A stretch of DNA of 64,000 nt from the human T2T-CHM13v2.0 reference genome, Homo sapiens (GCF_009914755.1 NC_060925.1); one strand, 5' to 3'; positions 1 to 21,926 are shown, counted from the stretch's first letter. Notes: generated by a model not told the origin, from the sequence alone. Made by a program: numbers and translations.

Positions 1-484
1 TAAAAACAAAGTGCCTGGTGAAGCTAAACATTCGTTGGGAAACTTTCTTAAAATAAATGTTAAGAGGTACAAGTGCAGTTTTGTTACATGAATATATCGC
101 ACTGTGGTGAAGTCTAGGTTTTAATGTAACCATCACCCAAATGTTGTATATTGTACTCATGCACATTTTTTTAACAGGCATTTTACATTTACTTTTAGTA
201 TTCTAGCCAGTTCCAATCTTACTCTTTAGCTCACACCACACAGCCATAAAGCAAGAGCAGACTGCAAGAGCTCACCCAGACACCGTTCCTAACACCTGGA
301 TGGGTGCAACTGCAATTACCAACTCACTTGTTTATATGTTCCCATGGAAATGTATTACTATAAATATTTCAGGTCCCATGATAAACCACTAAAGCTACAA
401 CCTGGAACTGCACTGAAAAATAGTTAACATATGAGCAACTGTCTTAGAATAAAATGTACCATGAAAAAGTTGAAACAGACTTAC

Positions 485-609
485 ACAGTTACATAGGCAT
501 ATTCTCCACAGAACTGCTGTTGAACAATATTGCGCACATCTGGATTCTTTTGTTTAGACAAAGTATCTTCCAATAGAGACATAAAGAGCTTTGAAAATTC
601 TTGAGCATC
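485..609 (-). CDS. USP48: USP48 coding exon 5 ([42 protein letters not shown]); gene continues beyond the left edge
   Basis: Completes the USP QQD box (QQQ|DAQEF). TAG acceptor, GTAAGT donor, 125 nt. Confidence 0.95.
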
Positions 610-949
610 CTACAAGTTTAGGTTAATGAAAAGAAAAATCATATCTTGCTTTTCAACTTCTACTACAAATAGTAATACATTCAACATTCCAGAAACTACC
701 TATACTTTCAACTTAGCATTTTCAAACAGGGGCTACAGCTATGTTCAATCAGTTTGTGCCCCCATATGAATTTCCATAAATGGAATCAAGTATAATGTGT
801 AAACTATTGGACAGTAAATAAAGGTTTTCATTCAAAATAGAAAAAATTTAATTTTTAAAAAGCATTCTACTTCATCTCCCTTTATAAACATGCTTAGGAT
901 GTTTGGGTACCTCTGAATATTTAAAAAAAAAAAAAAATTCAGTTCTTAC

Positions 950-1077
950 CTGCTGTTGTCCAGTGTCCAGGCCCAAGGCTTTAACAAATCCTGATGGATC
1001 AATGTATCGCCTATTACTGTTTTGCAACAAGGCAAACAAGTACTGGAGATGCTCACAAATTGTTTGAGGCTCATAAT
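950..1077 (-). CDS. USP48: USP48 coding exon 4 ([43 protein letters not shown])
   Basis: TAG acceptor, CAG|GTAAG donor. 128 nt; cumulative 540 nt = 180 codons. Confidence 0.95.
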
Positions 1078-1583
1078 CTATTAAAACAAAAATATAGATT
1101 TGGGGTTTTTTAAGGTGCTACTTTTCTTTCCAAAAAATGGTACTTCCTCTTCACATGAGAACATAAACATCTCTACATCCAAACTAGATTAATACTTTAT
1201 TATCATTTTAAAACTTTAAAAGAAATAGGCTGAGCACGGTGGCTCATGCCTGTAACCCCAGCACTTTGGGAGGCCAAAGCAGGCAGATCACTTGAGATCA
1301 GAAGCTTGAGACAAGCCTGGCCAATATGGAGAAACCCCGTCTCCACTAAAAAAAATACAAATATTAGCCGGGTGTGGTGGTGCACACGTGTAATCCCAGC
1401 TACTTGGGAGGCTGAGACACGAGCATCTATTGAGCGCGGGAGGAAGAGGCTGCAGTGAGGTGAGATCGCCAACAAAGTGAGACTCTCAAAAACAAAAAAC
1501 AAGGCTGGGCACGGTGGCTCACACTCGTAATCCCCGCACTTTGGGAGGCAGAGGCGGGCGAATAATCTGAGGTCAGGAGTTCA

Positions 1584-1853
<270 letters not shown>

Positions 1854-1900
1854 TCACGCCTGTAATCCCAGCACTTTGGGAGGCCATGGCTGGCGGATCA

Positions 1901-2269
<369 letters not shown>

Positions 2270-2442
2270 TTAAAGTCCAGTTAATGTGGACTTGGGATCT
2301 CAAGCACAGCAATTCACACTTAAGTGAAGAATACAAAACCCTAGAATTTTAGAGTTGAAAGTTTTAATGAGCTAGTGCAGGGAATGGAAGCAGAAAGCAT
2401 GGATATTGAGAGCCCAGAAGACAGAAGTCTTATCTTCTTTAA

Positions 2443-3118
2443 GTTATTAACTTATTGCTTCTCAGCTCCAAATCTACCCTTCTTTGCCTGCTCAGTGATG
2501 AGAGATGGGCTCTGCAAATACTTCTCCTTTGCCAGTTATCAAGAAGGTAAGGCTTCTCAGTGAAGGGCACTGCAGGGTTTGGTTGTGCCTCTGTCACCAG
2601 CCTGCTGCAGATCAGCTTCCTCCAGGGCTCCAGGTTCCTGCCCCTAACAGTAGTCAGCAGCTTACCCAGCACCTCTTCTGATAGCTTCACAGTACAGTGC
2701 CTCCAGTGAGGCATTTCCTCTCGAATGACCACCCTGTGAATGGCCTCCCGGACACTCTCTCAGGTGACTCTGTAGGGGGTTCCAGGGCCCAGCACCTTCT
2801 CATGGACAGTTTCTAGTAGGGATTCCCAGGGAGGCATCTCAGCACCTTTTCAGCCACCCAGTGCATCCCAGCAGTGTCCAAAGAGGTCTGGATCTCAAGC
2901 CTGGGCCATGGGGGTGACAGACTATCCGTTGGATGTTCTCTTTCAGCCCCAGGGATACAGGTTGTTCCCTGTATCTGCTGTCCTTGTATTCTTTAAAATC
3001 CTCTTTAATCTTTAACTCTTATTAATCAATTCCTCATTTCTCTAATTAATTCTGTTATTAATTCTCAACTTTCCCTTTTCAAATTATTCTGTAGCTTCTG
3101 TCTTCTAACTGGACTATA
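2443..3118 (+). mobile_element. Ancient ERVL LTR (LTR41-like)
   Basis: TATTGCTTCTCAGCTCCAAATCTACCCTTCTTTGCCTGC...TTCTCCTTTGCCAG start and TTCAAATTA...TTCTGTCTTCTAACTGGAC end. Subfamily from memory. Confidence 0.45.
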
Positions 3119-3706
3119 TTTATCTCCTTACTACCAACTGTGGCTTTCAGCAAGTCAATATATCATCTTCAAAATAAAGATAAAATATTACTCCTTGGCC
3201 TGCAAAAGCATTGCAGGCCAGTAAAAGCTATTCAAGGCCAGGTGCTGTGGCTCATGCCTGTAATCCCAGCACTCTGGGAGACCAAGGAAGGTGGATCGAT
3301 TGAACCCAGGAGTTTGAGACCAGCCTGGGCAACATGGTAAAATGCTGTCTCCAAAAAAAACACAAAAATTAGCAAGAGGTGGTGGTGCATGCCTGTAGTT
3401 CCAACTACTCGGGGGGGCTCTGGCAGGAGGATTGCTTGAGCCTGGGAGGTTGAGGCTACAGTGAGCTGTGCTCGCACCAGCCTGGGCGAAAAAGTGAGAT
3501 CTTGTCTCAAAAAACAAACAAACAATAAAAAAAAACCTTTTCTGTTCAAATTATTGTGTAGCTTCTGTCTTCTAATCAGACTCTGAATATTTGTATCCTT
3601 ACTACCAATTGTGGCTTTCAGCAAGTCAATATACCATCTGTAAAATAAAGATAAAATATTACTCCTTGGGGTGCAAAGGTTTTGCAGGCTGGTAAAAGCT
3701 ATTCAA
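3071..3706. repeat. Local diverged direct duplication (~165 bp; copies 3071-3235 and 3536-3706), each followed by an Alu head
   Basis: Shared blocks TTCAAATTATT..GTAGCTTCTGTCTTCTAA, CCTTACTACCAA.TGTGGCTTTCAGCAAGTCAATATA, AAAATAAAGATAAAATATTACTCCTTGG, GTAAAAGCTATTCAAGGCC. Confidence 0.9.
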
Positions 3707-3725
3707 GGCCTGGCACCATGGTTCA

Positions 3726-4118
<393 letters not shown>

Positions 4119-4503
4119 TTAAAAAAATAATAATAATAATAATAAAATAAGTTTAGGCTAGACACAGTGGCTCACACCTGTAGTCGCAGCACTTTGGAAG
4201 GCCGAGGCAGCCACATCACTTGAGGTCAGGAGTTCGAGACTAGCCTGGCCAACATAGTGAAACGCTGTCTCTACTAAAAATACAAAAACTAGCCAGGCGT
4301 GGTGGCGGGCGCCTGTAATCCCAGCTTCTCAAGAGGCTGAGGCAGGAGAATCGCTTCAGCCCAGGAGGCAGACGTTGCAGTGAACCGAGATGGCGCCACT
4401 TCACTCTGGCTTGGGAAACAGAGGAAGACTCAAAAAAAAAAAAAAAAAAAAAGTTTAAAAAAATGTTCAGGAAGAGAGCTCTCCCCCACCCCTTTCCACC
4501 CAC

Positions 4504-4660
4504 CTTTTTCTTCTTGGATGCCGTCTCCCAGCATGTAGTCACTACAAGTGCTTGGACATAAGTAGAGTGCCTGCCGAAGCTCCAAGTTGAGAAACCACAC
4601 TTGAAGAAATGTGTTGACATAACAAGTGGCTCCAAGGTTAGTCAGGCCCACAAATGAGTT
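4504..4660 (-). CDS. USP48: USP48 coding exon 3, USP Cys-box ([16 protein letters not shown]; catalytic Cys98 codon at 4622-4624)
   Basis: Canonical USP Cys-box G-L-x-N-L-G-x-T-C-Y-x-N-x-x-L-Q. TAG acceptor, AAG|GTGGGT donor, 157 nt. Confidence 0.97.
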
Positions 4661-5620
4661 CTACAAAAATACAAAATTCATAATTATAAAACCCATTTTC
4701 CTTTAAACAACCAATTTCTAAGCATTATTCTTAAATTTTCAGATTAAAAATGTGTAAGACCGTCACAACCAACATGGTATAGCCACCTTAAGTTTCTCTT
4801 GGCTGGAGGTGGGGCATAATTTTCATGAAAGCCCCATTTTGGGTTGACCACAGGAGTGAAAAAGACTTCGGACGGCATCACTGCTCATCTCTAGCATATC
4901 GTCTTCTCCAGCCACTTAAATCTAAAATTAGAACAGTGGATTCTAGAAAAGATCGGTTTTGAACAAGCGTATATAGGTTTTATGTTTTCTGTATTTCTAA
5001 ACTGCCAGCATTCAGCAGAATGACAAAGTAAAACTTATGCAGAAAACTTCCTTTATATTCTAGAGATTTTAAAGATTGGCGGTGGTAGAGGGAACTGGCT
5101 GCAACTTTTTCCAAAGATAAGGTTGGGAATTCCTGACCTTACAAAGAATTATTATTTTATTAAAATATCTATATATAACAAACTTGGATATTTCGTGAAT
5201 GCTAAGATTTATGTCTAGAAAATTTAATGTATATTTTTAAAAAGCAAAATTATATATAAAATACAAGCCCTAGAAAGCAAAGTGCTATCATCATGAGTTT
5301 GTTCCCTTGAATTACCATCTCCTTTAAAGAGGCGTTAAGATTTCAAAATAAAACATGCAATGTTAAAGCAAACATAGAATCAGCATTCAAACTAAAACTA
5401 TTATTTAAAGGCTTACTGAATTACGCAGCTGCCTGTTTTAAAGCATATCATTAAGAAGTGTTCCAATTCAAGTGGCTTAGAGTCTTAAGTTCTACTGCTT
5501 ATCTTAAAGCTGCACAGGTTACCTGAAATCAGTAGAGTTTTCTGATCACAGGCCCAAAACAAAAGCAAAAACAAAAACAAAAAACAGCATATAGCAATCG
5601 CTTAAAAAATGATGGTTTAC

Positions 5621-5741
5621 CTTTTTTCTCCTCTCACAGTTGGGATCATCGATGTTATGAAAACTATTTTCATCTATTTCTCCTAACCAAATATGCTCAC
5701 CAATACCAACCAAGCAATTCGGATTTCCTTTGCAGTTTCGT
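5621..5741 (-). CDS. USP48: USP48 coding exon 2 ([40 protein letters not shown])
   Basis: Polypyrimidine tract + TAG acceptor, AAG|GTAAA donor. 121 nt; cumulative 255 nt = 85 codons, open frame. Confidence 0.95.
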
Positions 5742-5779
5742 CTAAGGGGAAAAAAAAAACCTTTAATTTTTAAAAGACC

Positions 5780-8240
<2,461 letters not shown>

Positions 8241-10020
8241 CAGGACAAAGTTCTGCAGATTTCTGTAGGATACCCACTAAAGGATTACTGATAACAGTAA
8301 AAGACTGGAAATTTATATGGAAGTAACAAAATAAATTACAATATAACCAAACAACAAAAACTACTGCTGTCAAAAAATAAAAAGGTAGGCCGGGCACAGT
8401 GGCTCACGCCTGTAATCCCAGCATTTTGGGAGGCCCAGGTGGGCGGATCACAAAGTCAGGAGTTCGAGACCAGCCTGGCCAACATGGTAAAACCCCATCT
8501 CTACTAAAAATACAAAAATTCGCCAGGAGTGGTGGCGGGAGCCTGTAATCCCAGCTACCCAGGAGGCTGAGGCAGGAGAAATCACTTGAAACTGGAAGGC
8601 GGGAGGGTGCAGTGAGCCGAGATCGTGCCACTGCACTCCAGCCTGGGCAACAAGAACAAAACTCTATCTCAAAAAAAATAAAAATAAAAATAAATTTAAA
8701 AAAAGGTAGGGAAAGCTTTTAATGTTGTGATATATAACGATATCATTAGTTGAAAAAAGGAAGGTGGGCCAGGCACAGTGGCTCACGCCTGTAATCCCAG
8801 CACTTTGGGAGGCTGAGGCAGGCGATCACCTGAGGTCGGGATTTCGAGACCAGCCTGACCAACATGGAGAAACCCTGTCTCTACTAAAAATACAAAATTA
8901 GCCGGGCATGGTGGCGCATGCCTGTTAATCCCAGCTAGTTGGGAGGCTGAGGCAGGAGAACTGCTTGAGCCCAGCAGGGTGAAGGTTGTGGTGAGCCAAG
9001 ATCACGCCATCGCACTCCAGCCTGGACAACAAGTGGAAACTTTGTCTCAAAAGAAAAAAAAGAAAAAAAAAAAGGAAGGTACAAAACACTGCATATCATG
9101 TTGCCATGTTTTTTATTTACAAATGGGGTAAACACACCCGTTTGTTTAGATAGAAGAGTACATTATAAACTGGAAACAACCTTATCGGCAAAGATTATCT
9201 CTGTACTTGCCAGCTATAAGTCAGAAGTAAATAACACTCTGAACTTCCTTTTTTTTTTTTTTTGAGACTCCCATACTGAAGTGGCATGTTCATGGCTCAC
9301 TGCAGCCTCTACATCCTGGACTCAAGTAATCCTCCAGCCTCAGCCTCTGGAGTAGCTGGGAGGTGCATGCCACCATACTTGGATAATTTTTTATTTTATT
9401 TTTTGTAAAAACAGGGTCTTGCCATGTTGCCCCAGGCTGACCCCATCACTTTTTATACCTTTCAGACTTTGAACAATAAAATGTGTTACATATTCCAAAA
9501 ATAAGTAAATAATTGTTTTAATGTTCAGTTTAAACATACTGTCTTCTAAAATATAAAAATGAAGCTGGGTGTGGTGGCACATGCTTATAGTGCCAGCTAT
9601 TCAGAAGGCTCAGGCAGAAGATGGCCTAAGCCTAGGAGTTGGAGGCTGCAATGAACTATGATTGCACCTGTGAACAGCCACTGCACTACAGCCTGGCCAA
9701 CAAAGTGAGACCCTGTCTCTATTTTAAAACTTTTGAAAAAATAAAAATGAAAACAAGTTCGACCAATTTAAGAACAGTTTTGTCAGCTTATATCAAAGCT
9801 AGGAGGGAAAAAAGCTTATTAATGAAATAAAGTAGAACCCGTCCACTGTGGGGAGAAGAAGCTAGGGTTTTGTTTTAGTGCTTATAACTCATCTCTAATG
9901 GGAAAGGTCTACTATAAGAGAGTTAAAGAAACAAAACTGGCCGGGTGCAGTGGCTCCTGCCTGTAATCCCCAGCACTTTGGGAGACTGAGGTGGGCAGAT
10001 CACTTGAGGCCAGAAGTTCA

Positions 10021-10308
<288 letters not shown>

Positions 10309-10431
10309 CTAGGAAGGTTCTTTCGAAAGAAAATTACAGCTAGTGGCAATGGACTCTCCCAAAGGTCTTTGGCAGATAGGAAAAAATAGTGTCAGTAACC
10401 ATGGTGAAAATATACCTCTAAAACAAAGTAG

Positions 10432-10883
<452 letters not shown>

Positions 10884-11468
10884 TCAAACACAGACATCAT
10901 TCTCAGAAAATAGTTCCACTGGATCTGTTTAGATTTTAGTCTCCAGTTCCTGATAGCAAAATAATTCAGACAATGAAGAAAAGGTAGGCTCTCCCTGTCC
11001 CCACCCAAAAATCATGCATACTCAACTGGTTCTAAAGCTGGCATCAAAAGGCAAACACAACCTATGGCCTAAATATTACCACAATAAGACTTTCAAAAGC
11101 TACTATGAGAAGCTGGGAGCAATCTGTATTATTAGGCCCCACAACACTGGCATTGTTCTTTTTAAATTTTCTTAAATTAATTGCTTGCTAGGTATCACTG
11201 AATACGTCTTCAGTCGGCTAGAACACCACCACAGCAGAATGCCAAGTGCAGGTGACCTGTGATAGACTACCACCCCAGGCCAAACCTATGGCTCCCGAGC
11301 CTCTATGGCCACACTTCAGGTGGGAACCAAAAAGCCAATGGCGGTGCTTTGCATTAAAAGGGCTTGGGCTTTCTAAACTTCTAAATTGTTGCTAAGCCTT
11401 TCATACATAGCCCAATATGGGGGGGCGGGGTTGTGTTTGTTCTCTTACTTGGAGAGGTAAAGAATCTA

Positions 11469-11621
<153 letters not shown>

Positions 11622-12232
11622 TTAGCCAGGCGTGGTGGCACATGCCTGTAATTCCAGCTACTCAGGAGGCTGAGGCAGGAGAATCACTTGAACCCAGGAG
11701 GCAGAGGGTGCGGTGAGCCGAGATCATGCCATTGCACTCCAACCCTGGTAACTAGAGAGAAACTCTGTTTCAAGAAAAGGAAGGGAGGAAGGAAGGGAGG
11801 GAGGGAGGGAGGACGGATGGACAGGCAGACACAAATCACAGTTCTAATTATAAGCTGTTACTTCTAAAGCCAGCCTTAGCAGCACAGCAGAATGCCAACC
11901 ACAGAGGGCTGTAGCCTCTCCCATTCGTCATTCTCCAATGCCCCTAACTCCATTTTATCCCTCCTTAGGAGTAGGCCCCAGGTATCAAGGATCATTTATC
12001 ATCATGTGTGTGCCAATTTCCTTACAGTAGAAAAACAGTTATGTGTACCTGTGTCTATCAACTATCAAAACAGATCAAGGAGGTTGAGTGTTTCACAAAA
12101 TATGAGACAGTGTCTGGGAGCAGTGGTTCACACCTGTAGTCCCAGCAATTTGCAAGGCTGAGGCAGGCAGATCACTTGAGGCCAGGAATTTGACACCAGC
12201 CAGGCCAATATGGCGAAAACCCATCTTTACTA

Positions 12233-12450
<218 letters not shown>

Positions 12451-12688
12451 TCAGGAGTTCAAGACCAACCTGGCCAAGATGGTGAAACCCTGACTCTACT
12501 AAAAATACAAAACTTAGCCAGGTATGGTGGCAGGTGCTTGTAATCCCAGCTACTCTGGAGGCTGAGGCAGAGAACTGCTTGAACCCGGGAGGCGGAGGTT
12601 GCAGTGAGCCGAGATCGTGATTGTGCCACCCCACACCAGCCTGGGTGACAGAGTGGCACTCCGTCTCAAAAAAAAAAAAAAAAAAAGA

Positions 12689-12975
12689 CTTGATTACATA
12701 GGCATGACTGATTGAATCACTGGCCACTGGAGATTAGCAACCTTTAGTCCTCTCCCCTCCCAGAGGTCAGACTAAAAAGTTCTAAACCTCTCATCGTGGT
12801 TGGTTCTCCTGGCAACCAGCCCATGTGGAGGCTACCAAGAGCTCCCAGCCATCAGTCATTTCATTAGCATACAAAAAGACACTTAGTCACTTCAGAGATC
12901 CCAAAGGTTTTAGGAGCTGTGCCAGAAGTAGTACAAAGACTAAGCATATATTTCTTATAAATCAAAATATCATAT
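12689..12975 (-). mobile_element. MER21-family LTR fragment
   Basis: CATCAGTCATTTCATTAGCATACAAAAAGACAC...CCAAAGGTTTTAGGAGCTGTGCCAG...TATATTTCTTATAAATCA resembles the recalled MER21B/C consensus. Confidence 0.7.
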
Positions 12976-13385
12976 AACCCTGCAGGAAAAATAACTAAAG
13001 AAAACATCTCAAAAATGTTAAATGACAACAATGTTTTTGTTTCAATAATTCTACTTCTGGGCACAGGTCCACCAAACTTGAGTAATAACAGCACAATGGC
13101 AATGCCATAGTACGATAAGGAATTCAGATAATTTAATGGGTACTTTGTTCCAAGACTGCACTGTATGAGAACACCAACGTGTTAGGCAGAGGATAGGTTC
13201 CAAAAGGTTTGGTTATGACGTACTAAGCAGACATCTGCTGTGATTTTAGGCCAGGGACACACTTTGGCAGCAGTAAACAGGACAGACCGGGCGGGGTGTG
13301 GTAGCTCATGCCTGTAATCCCAGCATTTTGGGAGGTCGAGGCAGGCGGATCACTTGAGGTCAGGAGTTTGAGACCAGCCTGGCTA

Positions 13386-13568
<183 letters not shown>

Positions 13569-14749
13569 TCAAAAAAAAAAAAGGGGGGGACAGCCCGAAG
13601 CTGAACAAGGCATGAGACGTTCCGAAGCTAAACAAGGTGTGAGACATAACTAACAATTTTTCTAGTGGAAGATGAGGTCTTAAAAAGCCAATTTAGGCCG
13701 GGTGTGGTGGCTCACACCCGTAATCCTAGCCCTTTGGAAGGCTGAGGTGAGTGGATCACCTGAGACAGGAGAATAGTTTGAAACTACGAAGCCGAGGTTG
13801 CAGTTAGCCGAGATCCCATGGTGCTCCGGCCTGGGCAACAAAGTGAGACTCCATCTCCAAAAAAAAAAAAAAAAAAAAAAAAAAGGCAATTCAGTGGGAA
13901 TAGGAATGGAGGAAGTTCAAGCATATTGATGGGAAGAAATCAATAGAACTGGGGACTAATAAGATGCAACAGGCAAGAAAGGAAAGGAGAAATCTGGAAT
14001 GATGCCCAAAATTGTAACAAAAAGATTTTCCAGGCTGGATGTGGTGGCTCACACCCGTAGTCCCAGCACTCTGAAAGGCCGAGGCGGGAGGATCACTTGA
14101 GGCTAGGAGTTCAAGACCAGCCTGGCCAACGTGGCAAAACCCTACTAAACTTCTACTAAGAATATAAAAATTAGCTGGGTTTGGTGGCGAATGCTTGTAA
14201 TCCCAGCTACTCCAGAGGCTGTCATGAGAATCACTTGAACCCGGGAGGCGGAGGTTGCAGTGAGCTGAGATCATGGCACTGCACCCTAGCCTAGGTGACA
14301 CAGCACAAAAAAAAACAATGTTCCACAAGTCAAAAATTGTGTTCAGGGAGTAGAAAAGTAGTAGGCTAGGTATCAAAGGGTATGAATGACTAAGTTCCTT
14401 CTATAATATATTGACTATAGGTAGGAGATACACTTTCAGTTCTGTTTTGGTAGATCTCCAATGATCTGTCATTTAAGAGTACACACGATGAGTGGAAAAT
14501 TTATAATCAAAGATTTCACAGTTGCTATGCAGTTCAAAGATTCATCCTTTGAATGGGAAAGGGGGTAGGGATTTCACTCCAAATGGTCATTTACAGAGGT
14601 TCTGCTTCTTCCTCATCACCTCTTAGTTTCTTAGTTTTTATTTATTTATTTATGAGATGGAGTGTCGTTCTGTTGCCCAGGCTGGAGTGCACTGCAACCT
14701 CTACCTAACGGGCTCAAGACATTCTCCTGCCCGAGCCTCCTGAGACTCA

Positions 14750-15081
<332 letters not shown>

Positions 15082-15215
15082 CTACTCCCAAGCTCAGGTG
15101 ATCTTCCCACCTCAGCCTTCCAAATAGCTGGGACCACAGGCATACGCCACCACACCCGGCTTTTTTGTATCATTTGTAGAGATGGGGTTTAGCCTCATTG
15201 CGCAAGCTGGGCTAG

Positions 15216-15506
<291 letters not shown>

Positions 15507-15991
15507 TGACCTGCCCACCTCGGCCTCCCAAAGTGCTGGGATTACAGGCATGAGCCACCGCGACCCGGCCAGGACTTTTTAGAGAGCTTTTTTTTTTTTT
15601 CTAGAGACAGGGTCTCACTACGTTGCCTGCTTACAAATAAATTGTTTTTAAAGAAAAATTTTTTGAAAAATCATTGAAGAAGGAAACTAGTTTACTTAAA
15701 ACACTAAAGTACAGATTTTCCTGAAAGTGAAAATAAAGGAGAACCATGATAATATAAATTCTAGGTTCTAGTTACTAAAAACTTTACAGTGATTTTCATG
15801 TAATGCCTCATGGCATTACTGTATCAAGGTCTCATAAATTAGACATGCAAGAAATAAGCAAATCTAAAAACAGGTCAGGCATGGTGGCTCACGCCTGCAA
15901 TCCCAGCACTCTGGGAGGCCGAGGCGGGTGGATCACAAGGTCAGGAGATCGAGACCATCCTGGCTAACATGGTGAAACCCCGTCTCTACTA

Positions 15992-16932
<941 letters not shown>

Positions 16933-17311
16933 ACACACAGTCTCGTCATGTATTTAATTTTAAGTATTTGTGTTCGTTTTCCCCATGTATGTCTCCCTTT
17001 TGCTTTGAGTTGTTGCTTTTGCTAACATCAGACATGTTCATGATTAGCAGTCATTCAATCCTCTGCTACTTTGCTAAAGTCATAGAGATCAAGTAACGTC
17101 AAATTATTCCATGATCTTACTTCCCAACTGATGAGAATAATCAATTCCAGGTTGACTGTAGACCTAAGCATGAAAGATAAAGCAATACAACTTATAGAAA
17201 TAACACAGGAGAATATTTAGGACTCTGGGGAAGATAAATCTTTATCTTATGGGAGCTACATGATGAGAACTTCTGAACACAAAGAGAACTTATGAACACA
17301 AAGAACAATAG

Positions 17312-17638
<327 letters not shown>

Positions 17639-18411
17639 TAAGCCACTGCGCCGGGCCTACAAAAAAATTTTGAATTAGCCAAACATGGTGGTGAGTATCT
17701 GCAGTCTCAGCTACTGGGGAAGCTGAAGTGGAAGGACCACTTAGACAGACCCCAGAGGCCAAGGCTGCAGTGAACTGTGATCACATCATGTACTCCAGCC
17801 TGGGTGATGAAGTGAAATCCTGTATCAAAAAGAAAAGAAAAAAAAGGACACTAAAATATATATGCAGAATGTTCACTGCAGCTTTATTCATAATGACCAA
17901 ATACATGGAAAAATCAAAATGACCATCACTAGTAGAAAGGAATATAATATATAGTATATACTCACACACTGAAATAATGTACAGCACTGTTGGTCCCATT
18001 GGCTCATGCTTATAATCCCAGCACTTTGGGAGGCTGAGGTGGGCAGATTGCTTGAGCCCAGGAGTTCCAGACTGGCCTGGGCAACATATTGAGACCTCGT
18101 CCTCCACCAAAAAAAAAAAAAAATTGTACAGCACTAGAATTGAACACACTACTGCTTACACATAAATTAATCTTATAAAGTTGAGTGAAAGAAAACAGAA
18201 GCAGAAGGAATGACAATGTATGAATATACATAAAGTCCAACATAGGCAAAATAATCTGCTCAATTCAAAGTTAAGGGTAAGTGGTTCCCTTCAAGGAAAA
18301 GAGGCAGAAGTAACTGGTAGTAGAAAAATGGAAGATAAGGGTGTCTTGAAGTGTTAGTAATGTTTTGATCTTGGTGGTAGATATGGGACAGATAAATTTC
18401 TTTTGTGATAA

Positions 18412-18552
<141 letters not shown>

Positions 18553-18594
18553 TGAGTAGTGGGACTACAGGCGCGCACCACCATGCTCGGCTAA

Positions 18595-18777
<183 letters not shown>

Positions 18778-19082
18778 TAAATTTTCAAGCTGGCTACAGT
18801 GGCTCACGCCTGTAATCCCAGCACTATGGGACACCAAGGCAGGCAGATCACCTGAGGCCCGGAGTTGAAGACCAGCCTGGCCAAGATGGTGAAACCCCAT
18901 CTCTACTAAAAAATACAAAAAAATTAGCCAGGCATGGTGGTGCATGCCTGTCATCCAAGCTACTAAGATGGCTGAGGCACAAGAATCACTTGAACCCAAG
19001 AGGTGGAGGATGCAGTGAGCTAAGATCGTGGCACTGCACTCCAGCCTAGGTGACAGAGCAAGACTGTCTCAAAAAACAACTA

Positions 19083-19436
<354 letters not shown>

Positions 19437-19758
19437 TCATGAGAACCATGAGAAAAATTCTAAAAGGAATTAAGGTCTTGCCTTATCAGATATTTTTCAA
19501 ATACTATAAAATAATTAGAATTGTGGTATCACTACAGAGTTATTCAACGAAATTAATCAATGGCAAAAAAAACAGGGTTGAGAGGCTGGGTGCAGTGGCT
19601 TACACCTATAATCCCAACACTTTGGGAGGCGAAGGCAGGCAGATCACCTGAGGTCGACAGTTCAAGAACAGCCTGACCAACACGGAGAAACCCCGTCTCT
19701 ACTAAAAACACAAAATTAGCCGGGCGTGGTGGCACATGCCTGTAATCCCAGCTACTCA

Positions 19759-19863
<105 letters not shown>

Positions 19864-20382
19864 TCAAAAAAAAAAAAGGACTGAAAAATAAACCCAAGTA
19901 AATATGGGAATTTGCCATGTAATAAAGGTGGATTTTTAACTGGTGAGGAAAAAGACTGAATTGTTCAATAAATGGTTTAAGACAAGTGAGTAGCCATTTG
20001 GTAAAAGGCAAAATAAAATATTGATGGATCCCTACCTCAATCCATAAATCAAATTAAATTATAAAAACATAAAGGTTGCATAAAAGTAAACCATCAGTAC
20101 TAAAACACAACATGAGTGAATATTTTTATAACCTCAGAATTGGGAAATCCAGAAACCATAAAAAAAGCATTCATAAATTTTACCACATAAAAAATCAAAA
20201 ACTAACGTACCAAAAGGAAAAAAAGCCCACAAAGCCCAAATATACCACAGAAAATATCTTCGACAGAAATATTCAATAAACTAGGCCGGGCCGGGCATGG
20301 TGGGTCATGCCTGTAATCCCAGCACTTTGGGAGGCCGAGGCGGGCAGATCATGAGGTCAGGAGATTGAGACCATCCCGGCTA

Positions 20383-20999
<617 letters not shown>

Positions 21000-21038
21000 T
21001 CAAGACCAGCCTGGCCAACATAGTGAAACCCCTCTCTA

Positions 21039-21287
<249 letters not shown>

Positions 21288-21926
21288 TCACAGGAGAAAT
21301 ACAAATGGCAAGTAAATATAAAAAGGAGAAGGGACACAGTGGCTCACGCCTGTAATCCCAGCACTTTGGGAGGCCAAGGCTGAGGATTTCTTGGGCCCAG
21401 GAGTTCAAGACCGGCCTGGGCAAAACATGAGATCCTATCTCTATAAAACTAAAAAATAAAATTAAAAAGATGCTCAATGTCACCAGCAAAAAATGGCAAA
21501 TGAAAATAAGATGCTATTTTTCGCTAATCAGATGGAAGCTGGGAATAGAAATGCTTTGTATAAGGTAATAGGCACACTCACTCTAGAGGACCAGGATAAA
21601 TGGTATGAACTTTTGACATCTATCAAAATTCTAAGCAGTCCCTTTACCTCAGCAATTTCTCATCTAGCAACCTAAGTGAAAACACTCACTCAACACTCAA
21701 GATCGATGCAGAGGGCTGGCTAGGGCAGCACGGGTTGTATTATCAAAAACCGGAAACCCCAAAGTCCATCAACAGGAAACTGGTTAAATAAATTATAATG
21801 AAGGTTAGGCACAGTGGCTCACACCTGTAATCCCAGCACTTTGGGAGGGCAAGGTGGAAGGACTGCTTGAAGCCAGGAATTCAAGACCAGTCAGGGCAGC
21901 AAAGCAAGACCCCATCTCTATTTTTA

